Assembly (NCBI GenBank): GCA_018398765.1
Contig: JAHBMJ010000466.1
Location: 62,001 to 126,000 of the forward strand
DNA: 64,000 bases
Origin: Chromera velia
Taxonomy: Eukaryota
Reading direction: 5' to 3'
In this document: in pieces, positions 12,766-24,710 of the stretch
Layout of the letters: each line of letters opens with the position of its first letter
Numbering within the stretch: position 1 is the first letter of the stretch
Notes under the pieces: model-generated
Told to the model about the DNA's origin: nothing
Database searches by the model: none
The model's input: only the letters and a program-made list of their open reading frames with translations
Position numbers and translations under genes: made by a program

Positions 12766-13950
12766 GGAAGAGCGGCAGAGAGAGAGAGAGGGAGAGAGAG
12801 ATCAGAGAGAGCGAGGCAAGCAGGCCAAAGAGCGACTGATTACCAAACAGACCGACCAGAGATCATACTGGCCAGCAGTCTGTTGGGAGGGGGGATCCCG
12901 CTGAGAGGGGTGCGGCAGAGGGGGCACTGGGACCGAATGTCCAGAGACTGCACACACTCACTCACTCACGCATTCACTCACTCACTCACTCATGCATTCA
13001 TTCACGCAGGATGTGCACAGGTGTGGGGAGGGGGGGGAGGGCGGCATTCGTTTCTTTCTGTCCATCAGTCTGTTGCTTTTTTTTCTTTTTTTCTCTGCGG
13101 TCTTTTGAAAGGAGAAAGCTCCACGGATGCACTCTGATGGATGATTCGCTCTGGTGGACATTCTCTCTCTCTTTCCCCCTCTCTCTCTGTCCAGAAGAAT
13201 AAAGTACAATGAAGTCATGCCCAACATGCACGATCTTGTCTTGTGCGTAGACCTGCATACCACGGAAACAGCCTGACTGCCTGACTGACCCTGTGGAGGC
13301 ACCCATGGCAGAAGTTGTGTCCGCAGGAAGTCGAGACGGCATCCAACAGAAGTTTCAAGCAGATCTGCAACACAAACGCAGGCAGGACCCATTCATACGC
13401 AGACACACACACACACACAGACACGCACAGAGACAATCCGGAGAGGCAGGCCGCGGCAACTGTTCGACACGAATCTCGGAGACAGGAGAGGACAGAGGGA
13501 GGCCTTCACAGCCCCCGGGGACCGTCACTTCATTCGGTTCGTGCCAAGCTTCCCTCAATGACTGACTGACTGACTGACTGACTGCGCATTCGTACTCCGG
13601 AGGGACATCGGGCTCTTCCTCCTCCTCCAGGTCTGGGGAGGGTCTCACCTGCACCCAACGTAGGAGAACATAAGAAGAGAAGAGAAGAGAAGGGGCAAAC
13701 GGAGAGAGAAAAAGAGAGGGGAGGGCAAGATGTGGCGTGAGTGGAGGGGCGGAGGGATGGAACGAAGAAGAGAGAACAGGAGAAGCGCGGAGGTGAACAG
13801 GCTTGCCCCCCATGTCAGGTTCATCAGGAGCCCTCCGGATGAGTGCATGAAGGCCCGCTTGCGACTCCAGGCAGACAGCAAGAGATACAGAAACGAAGGC
13901 GGGCACGGAGTGAGGAAGGAAGGGAGGAGACGGACTTGCGAGTCACTCAT
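6525..13950 (-). CDS. RING finger (C3HC4) + LON peptidase N-terminal (PUA-like) domain protein, LONRF-like, with C-terminal hydrophobic helix
   Basis: Spliced model: MSDSQ|VRPSPDLEEEEEPDVPPEYECA|ICLKLLLDAVSTSCGHNFCHGCLHR|SLDIRSQCPLCRTPL (RING). LON-N motifs LLPLFSFSGAPLLFPG and FFIYEPQYLEMVEHSL. Helical part FEKASFWLAKVLRLSRSERLQFSSCT|NTVERLRGLLQILE. Last exon LLLLIAVIALIFFAP...YRP* (TAG at 6525). The exon structure near 10280-10480 is uncertain. Confidence 0.85.
7974..8241. repeat. 67-bp minisatellite x4 spanning an intron acceptor/exon junction of the LONRF-like gene
   Basis: Unit aggagccaccctgaatgaaatacaaaaaagaattaacaaaaagggatcaaacacaagaacgagcgag starts at 7974, 8041, 8108 and 8175. Confidence 0.95.
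9861..10256. repeat. Polypurine (GGAA/GAAA/GA)n tract, intronic
   Basis: About 400 nt that are almost entirely A/G. Confidence 0.9.
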
Positions 13951-14389
13951 TTGTGGTTCGAGTCTCGCTCGCGCCTTTCACAAGACCTTCTTCCGCCGCC
14001 TTCTCAGCAGTCAGTATAGAAGATACCCTAAAATACAAGGTCCTGCAATTCAGGGAAAGCACCCTTATGTCTGTATGCCTCCGCAAACCTCCACTGTGAG
14101 CGTCTGTAACCACAACCGTTGTTCTGCCTAGGCGAGAGAGAGAGAGTGCACGGAGCCTCAAGGCGCGAAGCGTGCAGAGGAACGACCGTCAAGAGCGAGA
14201 CAGAGTCACGTGTCGTCAATATGCAAAGGCAGGAGAGAATCAAAGCCGTCCTGTGTACACCATTTCCTGTCTTGTGCTATAGCTACATATCGTCCGCCTG
14301 CATGCCTATCGGTCAAGCCATGCATATAAGAATCCCGGAAAGTCCATTATAAGACAGAATTTGGCCCATAAAAGCGAAAACTGTGTCTG

Positions 14390-14500
14390 TCTTAATTTAA
14401 GTGCCCCGGCCGGCCGATGTGGCCGTTGCACAACGGGTTGCGCGCGGCCGCTTGCTCGAATTTTTTTTTGTTTAATTTGGATCGCGCGATCCTCTCCTCG
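14390..14500. promoter_or_regulatory. Putative bidirectional promoter core between the divergent LONRF-like and plastid-leader genes
   Basis: Lies between ATGs at 13950(-) and 14818(+). Contains TAATT motifs, CCGGCCGGCCG, CCGTTG-CA-CAACGG, GCGCGCGGCCGC and the perfect palindrome GGATCGCGCGATCC (14479-14492). Confidence 0.55.
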
Positions 14501-14817
14501 TCTCCTTCGCGTCAGCTCTCTGCCGTCTTTTCTGTCCTCACTGCACGTACGAAGGGCTGCCGTGACTTCAATATACGTAAGGATCAAAGACGGGCGAAGG
14601 CTTTGTATTGAGACGATCCATCTCCGGGTGCTTTGAGAGAGTCGGGGTGTGTTTGTCTCTCTTTTCGCACTGAAGAGGCGAAATTGTTTCCTGTGTTCAC
14701 AGGCTTCTTTTTTCGGTCGGGTGTTGATTCATTTTCTCCCCCTCCATCGTTCCTTGACCTTCTTTCACGGAGAAACACTCTGTGGTGGTGCAGAAGTAAG
14801 GTAAACTAAGCTTCGAA

Positions 14818-17800
14818 ATGGTAGTAAGTAAAGTTGTTGCTGCAGGAGGCTTATTGGCCGCCGCAGTAAAGGCATTTTCACCCGGTCGGCTGAGCAGGCC
14901 CAACTTGGGTTTTGGTGTTTCCGTCTCCAACGGAGGGGGCTCGCTTCTCTCGAGACGAGGAAGAAGTTGGACTCCGGTGAGTTCCAGGGAAGTGGAACAA
15001 TGGGACAGAAGGGCTAGATACCCTTGTGGCGAGTTATACTGCTCTTGTGGTGAAAGAACACTGCAGGTGCCTTCGTTCTTTTTTTTCTTTTTCCCGTCTC
15101 GGTGCGCGTCTCGTCTCTTGTCTGTTCCTTTCTTCTTCGCTCTCTTCCAGTCGCATTTGAGAATCAGTTTGCTTATCCTCTATTTTCTCTGCTGTTTTGC
15201 TTTCAGGATGGAGACGAGGTGACGTTCACAGTGTTGAGAGATTCCGAGCCAACAAAGGAGTCCGTCTCCCTCACCGATGAGGAGACCTTGGCAGATGCAG
15301 AGTTGGAATTGGAGGGCAACATCCGTCAGTCTCCTCAGCCTGCCTTTCTGAGGTCGTTCATACGAGGAAGGAAAGGGGCGGCATAAAGGATCAAGGGGCT
15401 TTCGATGGATGCCTCTCTCTGTTGTCGTGTGTCCCCCCTTCGAGGAGAATAGTTTGGCCTTTGTCTTCCTATATATGTCTTTCTTTTCTTTCTCCTTTGC
15501 ACCGCGTTTCCTTCGCCCTTCCTGGCAACCACCTAAGCTTGGGCAGGTGTTTTCGATTCTCTCCGTTTACTCTATGGCCGCAAACCTCCCCCCCTTCTGA
15601 TCTGTTTGAGCTAAGGTCACCCAGACCACAACAAAAACAAAACAACAGCAATGTGTGCCCTTTTTACGTCCGCCGTCTCCCCTCCCACCAAGCACTTCCG
15701 TTCTTAACGGCTTCATCGCTCAATAATCCATCTGACACACAAAGTGACTGAATGCATCGATCGTGTGTGTGTGAGAGAGAGCAGATGACAAGTACGACAT
15801 GGAGGCGAAGAAGGACGCGGGGTTCGACGCCTTCATGGAGGGATTGGTGAAGTCCTCCGAATACGGTCTGCCTCCTGAGGGACTTGAATTTTTGGACCAG
15901 GCCGACAGGGAGGCCTACATGGAGGGATTGGGGGTCGTGCAGAGCAAAACTGCAGAGTGGAACAAACAGGTCTCTCCAGATGGAGGACCCAAGTCCATCA
16001 CAGACAGCTCAGGTGGGACAGAACAGAAAAGAGAAGACTAGAGACACAACTAACGGCGGCATGCGTTCTTTTTTCCTTCATCTGCTTCCCTGCGGTCCCC
16101 CTTTCTGCCTCCTTTCACTTTTCCTTCCTTCTTTCAGTCCTTCCTTTCCCTCCCTCATTCAAACCTCCTTTGTTTCCTTCCTCTCTAAGTGCCGTTACGC
16201 TACTCGTGGTTGGAGAAAGAATTTCTAAGAATGAAGGTGTTGAGGGTCGCACGTGCGTCTGCATGCACAGGCAGGGGACGTGTGTTTGCTTATGCGTGTC
16301 TCTGCCTGCCAACTGAGCCACCTACCCACCTTACCTGCCTGCCTGGCTGTATGTGTGTCCGTGTGCAGGTGAGGAGATGCAGGAGGTGCTTGAAGTTTCG
16401 TGAAGTTTCATACAGGCTTCTTGATGAAGCTTTGATTAATACTTCTCTGTGCAGGTGAGGAGGTGGAGGAGGTGCTGGACGACGAGCAGGCAGAGCACGG
16501 CGTGATCCCCGTGCCTGCGTGGACGCAGCCCGGGTGCATCATCTCCTTCTTCAACGAGACAGCGCCCTACGTTATCAGCAGGTGGCAAATCATGAGACCG
16601 GTAGGTCGGTAGGTCGATCATCTGTCTATGTGAGTGTGTTGTGGGTCTGCCAGCTGGAGTGCTCCTCCGTCCGTTCGTTCGAAGAAAGTCTGTGCTCAGT
16701 CATCGTGTTGAGCCAGACGCTTTGGCAAGGAGAGAGTCGAAAAAGAAGCACGGCACTGGAATGTTCGGGACGGCATTTTGGTCCAATCTGCGAAAATGTA
16801 TGGAGGACTTTGAGTCATCTGAGAGGAGACAGACGTAGGAGAAAATGTACAGTTTTGGTTTGACTCGGTCTGTCTGACTGCAGCTGAACGTGAGGACAGG
16901 AAGGGTTCTTCCTGAAAGCCTGTTTGCAAAATTCCTTGTGTATTTCTCCCTTCTAGACTGGCTCCCTCTCTTTCGTTGATTCATACCTTGGTTTTACCCG
17001 GCTTTGTTTGTCTGACTGCAGCTGATCGTGAAGGCCTCTACAGCGCAACAATTTTCGGAAATTGTATGCCTTTTTTTTTTAGATTTGCTGACATTCACTG
17101 GAAGCACTCTCGATGAATAATTCTTTTTACTATGACTGCAGCTGAATGTGAAGGATGGTGCGATGTTGGTGAGGAGGGTGAGTGACGAGGAGTTCAACAA
17201 GATCGGGAAAGAGCAACCACGCGTGTTCGTCAAGATGGCCAAGAGCGTGGATGAAATCAACGTACGTACGTACGTGGAATTGTTTTCTCGATGGATTGGC
17301 TGATTGATCAGTGTTTGTGAAGACAGCCAGAACAGTCGATGAAATAAATAGTGACTTTCTGTAGGTCGGGAGGCAATGAAGGGAAGTAGGGAGGTGATAG
17401 GAAAAGGAGATGACAGTCGAACAAAGAAACAACGCCGCAGTCAAACAAAAAACCATGGAGGGAAACCGGATGTCTGTTAGGAGACCGCATGTCCGTCACG
17501 ACACAGTGGGAAGTAGGTTGAGCTTTTTTCCCTTCTCTGAAAGCATAGATACATCCAGCTTTCTTCCCTTCGGCCATGGATTATCTGTCCAACAATGCAC
17601 CGCACTTCATCGAAGTCCCACTCTGATCGCAGAGGCTTCCTTTTGTCCTTCATCTGGACAAAAAACAAAGGGTGCGTTGAGGAACATCAGTTTGTTTGTG
17701 TATGTGTGTGTGTGTGTGTGCCTGCAGAATCTGCGGAAGAAGGGCGCCTCCCAGGCAGACCTCGAGAATCAAATGGCGGAGATGGACAAAATGACTGATG

Positions 17801-19522
17801 AGGCCATCGCAGCGACTGCACGTCCCTTCCGAGAGGCGTCGTTTTTCTCTGAATTTCCTGAATTGGCCATTCTTCGTGTCGACAGACTGTTCAACCAGAA
17901 CACGCAGAGATTCATCTGGGGATCGGAGGTTGGTTGGGTGGTCTGTCTGTTTGGATGTCTGTCTGTCTGTCTGTCGGATTTTGACTCTTTCTTTCTTCCT
18001 TTCTCCTCTCTTTCTTTCTTACCTCTCTTTTTTCTTTCTTTATCTCTCTTTCGTTGCTTTTTTCCGTGATTCCTTCCTTGCTTCCTTCCCGATCTGTTCG
18101 TTTGTCTCTAATGTTTCTTTCTCGCAATGACTCGCTTCTCCTCTCCTCCCCTCTATCTGTGTCTGCAGACGAAGCGCACTCACTGGCTGCTGACGGAGGG
18201 TCTCCCCAATTTGATGGAGGCCGACAAGCAACTCCATCACAAGTTGAAGCTGGAGGCCGCCAAGAGAAAGGCAGACCCAAACTACCAAATCAAACCCAAG
18301 TCTCTCCAGGAAGACGACGAAGACGATCAAGACCCTCATGACATCCCCTACACAAACTTCGCCTTCCAGAGGGCTAGCTCAAAACTTTTCCTTCAGGAGC
18401 CGTTCTGGGAACAGGTCAGACAGACACGCAGAGCGTTTAAAGCTTGTCCTCTCTTGTTCGTATTTTATTTTTCTTGTTGCTGTTTTCCCCGACCCTCGCT
18501 CTCATTCGCGCCAGTCAGATTCTCTCTCTTTCTATGATGATCACTATCGAAAGGGTCCTGATCTTTTTCGTTTTCCCTGCATGCGAGCAACTTCCGTGTT
18601 TTGCCCAAGTTTGCCCTCGTGAATGTTCCTTCCCGCCTGCACACAGGTGTGCGCAACTCCTTTGAGACTTCTTCTTATTCCGATGTGCATAGAAACAAAT
18701 TCTCCCACGCCCCCGAACCCATGTCTCCTCTCTATCTATCTCCATGATCAACCGACCCCCGGCTCCCCCTGTCCCTGTGCCCTGAATTACATTGCAGCCC
18801 GGCCCTGTCGGACTTGAGAGGCTGGAGACCTTCCACGGCTTCTTCCCCACAATGGGGGTCTCAAAGAAAGACCTCGGCTTGGCGGGCTACCTGACCAAGT
18901 ACCCGAACCCTGCCATTCCCCTCAACCATATGAAGATCTTCTCAGAGATCGAGACTATGTACTTCGATAATGTGCGTCAGTCTTCGTGGTCGGGTGGTTT
19001 CTGTATGATTTGTTCTCTTGTCTTGTCGTGTGACTCAAAGAGAAAGGAAAGAAAAATGAAAAAGAAGTCAGATAGTCTGTCTGGCCGAAGGGATAGTGTG
19101 TTCAGACAGAGAGACAGGCCAAAGGAAAAGGAAGGGAGGCTGTGCATTCATGTCTATGAAAGACACCGAGCAAATGAGGCAGACAGAAGCAGCACTGTGC
19201 GTCAAAAAGGCCTTCTCGCCCCCAAGAAGGAAGAAGACAGTCACACGGCAGATGGGAAGCACATCTAGCGTCTGTGTGTGCAGAACATCTCCGCCTATCT
19301 GTCGACATTCGTCTATCTGTGATGCATGCTGCCTTCAAATGAGGGAAAACGGACAGAACAAAAAAGAAGAGAAGAAAACCACACTGTCCTTTGCTCTCCC
19401 TCTCTGTTCTTTGTGCAGGGATTCCGTCCTTATCGGTTCCAGCTGCTGCTTCGTGTTCTCATGATCTGGTACAAGATCGTGCTGCAGGTCTGTGTCGTCT
19501 CCCTGTGCCTGCCTGCCTGCCT

Positions 19523-19588
<66 letters not shown>

Positions 19589-20628
19589 CTTTTTGACGGG
19601 GGCTGTGTTTTCTGTTGGGGGGCGCCTGGATCGCTGATCAGTAAAGAATTAATCTTTGATGTGGTGTCTGTCTGTCCTTTCTCTGCTGCCCCCCCTGTTG
19701 TGTTTCCCCTTCTCTCCTTCAAGTCTTCCCACCCGTTTTCCTCCTTGTCCCTGTTTCTATCCTCCACGATCCCTTTCCCTTCTGTCCTGATGCTGCAGCA
19801 AGCCTGGATAAGCGAGCAGGGCATGATGGACCCCTACTTGGACGCCGCCAGCAGCTACAGGGTTGAGCTGAAGGGCCTGAACTCGGAGTTCAATCTGACA
19901 GACCCCCGAATTCGTGAGACGATTGAGAGAGGAGACCTCGAGAGAATCGGGGAGATCCTCACTCTCGGCCAGTCTCGGGTGTACCAGAAGGAGAAGGAGC
20001 CCCCGACTGCAGAGGAAATCAAAATGTTCAGAAAATACCTCGAGAGACAAGGAAGCCCGGAGGCCGCACAGCTGACCGACGAGCAGATCAAGGATCAACT
20101 GGTGGAACTAGACATGAATGTGCAATTGAATGATGCCGTGATCGAGAGTCCTCTACGGTTGGTTACTGGGCGGTCGAAATGAAGGAATTATACGCTTGCT
20201 TCCACGCAGACAGATAGACAGAAGAAAAGAAGACATTTCTTTTCCGTCTCCGCAGAGGGTTTGCGTGTGCCTCCCTGCCCCCACTGTGGTCCTAATATTA
20301 GCCGGGCTGTGTGTTCACGCATTCTAGTGTAGTGGTCTCGGTGCCGCGCCTTTTATTGGATCTCGCCCCTTGGACCTCTTTTTCTCTTCACCTCTTCTCT
20401 TTTCTGATTCTTTGATGTCTTGATTGTCTGCATCTCTATTTCCCTCCCTGCAGCCCCCGTTTCACCAGCATGGACCTGGAGACGAACCGCAACCCGGAGG
20501 ACGCCATGGGACCTGTAGACTCTATTGACGTCACGCTGAGTGACATCTCCTCTTTGGACATTTACGGAGAGAACAACACTTGGGTGTACGACATTGTGCC
20601 CTCAACTGTGTCAGAGGTCAGTCGGCAG

Positions 20629-20670
<42 letters not shown>

Positions 20671-21337
20671 GACAGAGAGAGGCACAAAGAGAGCCGATGC
20701 AGAGGCATCGATCGAAACGGTCAGGCAGGAGACAGGGAGCAATTTTCATTTCCCCCCCCCCCCCAAATTCCCCACAAGAATCTACTCCCCCCTTCCTGTA
20801 CCCACACCATACCCTTCTTAATTGATCTATCCCCTTTCTTTCTCTCCCTCCCTCCCTGCTCCTGTCTGTCTGCAGCCTGCGGACCCTAACTGGATGCTGA
20901 CGCGATACCCCGCCCTGATGGGGCCCAACTCGGGACCTGAGTGGGCGGCCATGCACATGCTGGACTCGATGGTCAGTCAGTCAGTCAGGGTGTGCAGAGA
21001 GGTCGGGAGAGAGGTAGAGAGAGAAGTCAGCCTGTGATTGAGAGAGTGAGGACGGGTACGTGTCCGGCAGTCCTACTAAGCTTAGTTCACCCAACCACCC
21101 ACCGACCCTTTGTGTGTTTGAGTCCCCCACGCCGTCCAAATGAACCGCCCATGAAGGAACGGAACTGTTTTTTTTTTTTTCCCTGCTGCTGGGTGTCTGC
21201 CCTTCCCTCCCCATAGTGCAGTCAGCAGGGCCAGAGGAGATCCTGTAAGTATCTGAAAGATCTACTTGCAATATGCATGCGTGTCTAGACGCCTTGCAAG
21301 GCCTGCGGGCGGGTGGGTGCACATCCATCCCTTCCCN

Positions 21338-21371
<34 letters not shown>

Positions 21372-23228
21372 GACAGAGAGAGGCACAAAGAGAGCCGATG
21401 CAGAGGCATCGATCGAAACGGTCAGGCAGGAGACAGGGAGCAATTTTCATTTCCCCCCCCCCCCCAAATTCCCCACAAGAATCTACTCCCCCCTTCCTGT
21501 ACCCACACCATACCCTTCTTAATTGATCTATCCCCTTTCTTTCTCTCCCTCCCTCCCTGCTCCTGTCTGTCTGCAGCCTGCGGACCCTAACTGGATGCTG
21601 ACGCGATACCCCGCCCTGATGGGGCCCAACTCGGGACCTGAGTGGGCGGCCATGCACATGCTGGACTCGATGGTCAGTCAGTCAGTCAGGGTGTGCAGAG
21701 AGGTCGGGAGAGAGGTAGAGAGAGAAGTCAGCCTGTGATTGAGAGAGTGAGGACGGGTACGTGTCCGGCAGTCCTACTAAGCTTAGTTCACCCAACCACC
21801 CACCGACCCTTTGTGTGTTTGAGTCCCCCACGCCGTCCAAATGAACCGCCCATGAAGGAACGGAACTGTTTTTTTTTTTTTCCCTGCTGCTGGGTGTCTG
21901 CCCTTCCCTCCCCATAGTGCAGTCAGCAGGGCCAGAGGAGATCCTGTAAGTATCTGAAAGATCTACTTGCAATATGCATGCGTGTCTAGACGCCTTGCAA
22001 GGCCTGCGGGCGGGTGGGTGCACATCCATCCCTTCCCTTCCCTTATCTTCCCTTCCCCCTCTCTTCATTCCCTTCCTGCAGGTCGGCAACGGAGCAGCGA
22101 AGAGCCCGTGGCTCAAGATGACCAAGGAGGACGGGTCTCTTCGGTTCAAGAAGCAAGACGTGAGTGCGGGGAGAGAGCGGGAGGGAGGGGAGCGGGTCGA
22201 CGGATAGACGGGCACATCAGAAGAGGGTGCAGAAAGTGGTGAAGCGATCCGGTTTGAAGTTGGTCCGGTACATTATTTTGAAAGGCATTTTATTTTCTCT
22301 TTCAGCTGTTTCTTTTCGAAAATTGTCCTTTTGTTGGATCTATGCATGCATTTTTTCCGTTTTTTTCTCCTCTGCTCCAGTAAGCTCCTCCCTCATTCCT
22401 TCTGATTCCTTCGATCCTCCTGCAGGATCTGCTGAGATGTCTGGATGAGAAGTGGGAAGGCGTCCTGCAGGACATGAGGGTTCCTGTCTATGAGGTGAGT
22501 GAGGGGGGGGAATGGGACGTTTGCCGTGGGCTTCCTTCATCCTATGCTGTAGTTCTTTTTTTCTGTCCTCTTGCTCGCGGGCCTGATTCAGTTTTTCCAC
22601 TCTCTCCACAAGGCCGGCTGTCCGTCCGCCTTCATCTCTTGTCGCTCAGTTTTCTTTGCATGACAGCTGTTTCTTTGAATTGCACACATTGTGGTGCTTG
22701 TGTTGCTTGCCTGCAGGGAGTGGGGGATATTGTGACTCTGAAGAGAATGAAGAGGAAGTACAAGACCGGGCAGATCGTGCGGTCCTACAAGGTCACGTTG
22801 ACACCCCACTACCTGACCTGGATGATGGGGTCTCTTGGGTGCCATCTGCTGGGAGGACTGCAGGCTCGAGATGCAGCCACACACGTGGCACGGGAAATGT
22901 TCGGGCTGGGGCCTGAGGAGGTTCGTCATCATTTTCTCTCTTTGCTTCTCTCTCTGCCTTTCGATCTGTATTTGGGTGTGTGTGAGTATGTGCAGTTGTT
23001 TTCGTACAGAGACAAGAAAGGTTCAGCCAGAAATGGCTTGGGGAAAGAGGGTTTGGTTGAACGGGAACCGCTTCTGACCTTCCCTCTCCTCTTCGTTGTG
23101 TGTCTGGTGGTTCATTGGGACGGTTCGGGGCTGTCCCGCTTGCAGTCATTTCAGTGCGAATGGGATGGACCCTGACCTCTGTGTGTGTGTGTGTGTGTGT
23201 GTGTGCGTTTGTGTATGTGTGTGTGAGT

Positions 23229-23273
<45 letters not shown>

Positions 23274-24614
23274 AATGCAGGAAATTGGAGACGCTCAGTT
23301 TGCAGACATGCTTCTGGACAGGAGAGTTTTCAGACAGATCAGAAAGAAGATGCTTCCCAAGAAGGTAAGTAGTGAGTCTGTGTGAGAGAGGGGCCGTGAG
23401 AGAGGGAGCCTGCTCGCGGGCGTGCGTCAAACCGTCTGTCTGGTTTCAACATTTTGTCCTTCTGGGTAGGTGGAAAGGAAGTGGAAAGGAGCGAACGACT
23501 GATTTGCTCGAGCGCCTTTCAAAAGTCCTTTTTTTGTCGCCTTTTGCGACGTTCTGCAACCCTGCCCGTCCCTCATCTCCGCTCGTTCCCTTCTTTTTCA
23601 CTGACTTGCCTTGCCACGCAAAGCCACACGTACATCGTTTTGGACGGACATCTCAGATGATCTGATCTGTCTGACTTTCTGCTGTGAATCAATCTGTCGA
23701 CGCTCTCTTTTCTCCCTTTCTTGCTTGCAGGAACGGCTCTTGAAGGACGACACGATCTATAATGAGATCACAAAGGTCGATTGGTGGGGACTCGCTCTGT
23801 GTGTGTATGTATGTGTGTGAGAGAGAGTGAGAAAGGGAAGGTATGATATGTGCAGGGATTCGTCTCGTATTCATTAGTCGAGTTGCTGGTGCATTGAATA
23901 GAGGGGATCGAAGACAGAATCCATTTAGACACGGATCCATTCACGAGTTGGAATGGAACCACGAGCTTTCCTTCAAGCGTTTTGGATCATAGAGTCTTTT
24001 CTCCCGTTCATCTTTGGGTGTGATTCCGCACATAATAAGACCAGGCCCAAAAATAACAAAACCGAAACAGCGTGTCACGATCAAAGAGAAGCGAAGAGAA
24101 GTGTAGCAGCAGGCTCACTGTCGATCCACTTTCCTTCTTTCCCTCTCTCTTTCTAATCTCCCCCCCCCTTCCCGCCCTTTCATCTCCTTTCTTCCCTCCA
24201 GGTTCTCGAGGTCGCCCTCAACTTCGCCCCTGCTCAGAGACCACCCGACCCTCTCGCACTGGCTGGACAGATCTCGAACATCCTTTTCGTCGTTCAGGGA
24301 AAGTCAGTCAGGCAGGCAGGCAGTAAGTGGGTGGGTGAGTGAGAGGTATGCGGTCAAAGCTGGAGAGACCGAAAAGGGGCGGGGGGGGGGGTCCTCTCCT
24401 TCAACGAAAGCAAAACCCTGACTGACTCAAGGGATCGAACAGAGCGCTAGCGTGTGCGGTCCGGGTGACGAGTAAGAAACAAGAAGAGAAGATGTGCATT
24501 CGATCACAGCCATTCATTTTGGCATGCACTGATTAATGCACCAGGACTGCGAGAGGAAACGGTGTCTTGTTTGTGTCGGATTTTCGTCTGCGTGTGTGTG
24601 TATGTGTGTGAGTG

Positions 24615-24666
<52 letters not shown>

Positions 24667-24672
24667 TGTGTN

Positions 24673-24710
<38 letters not shown>

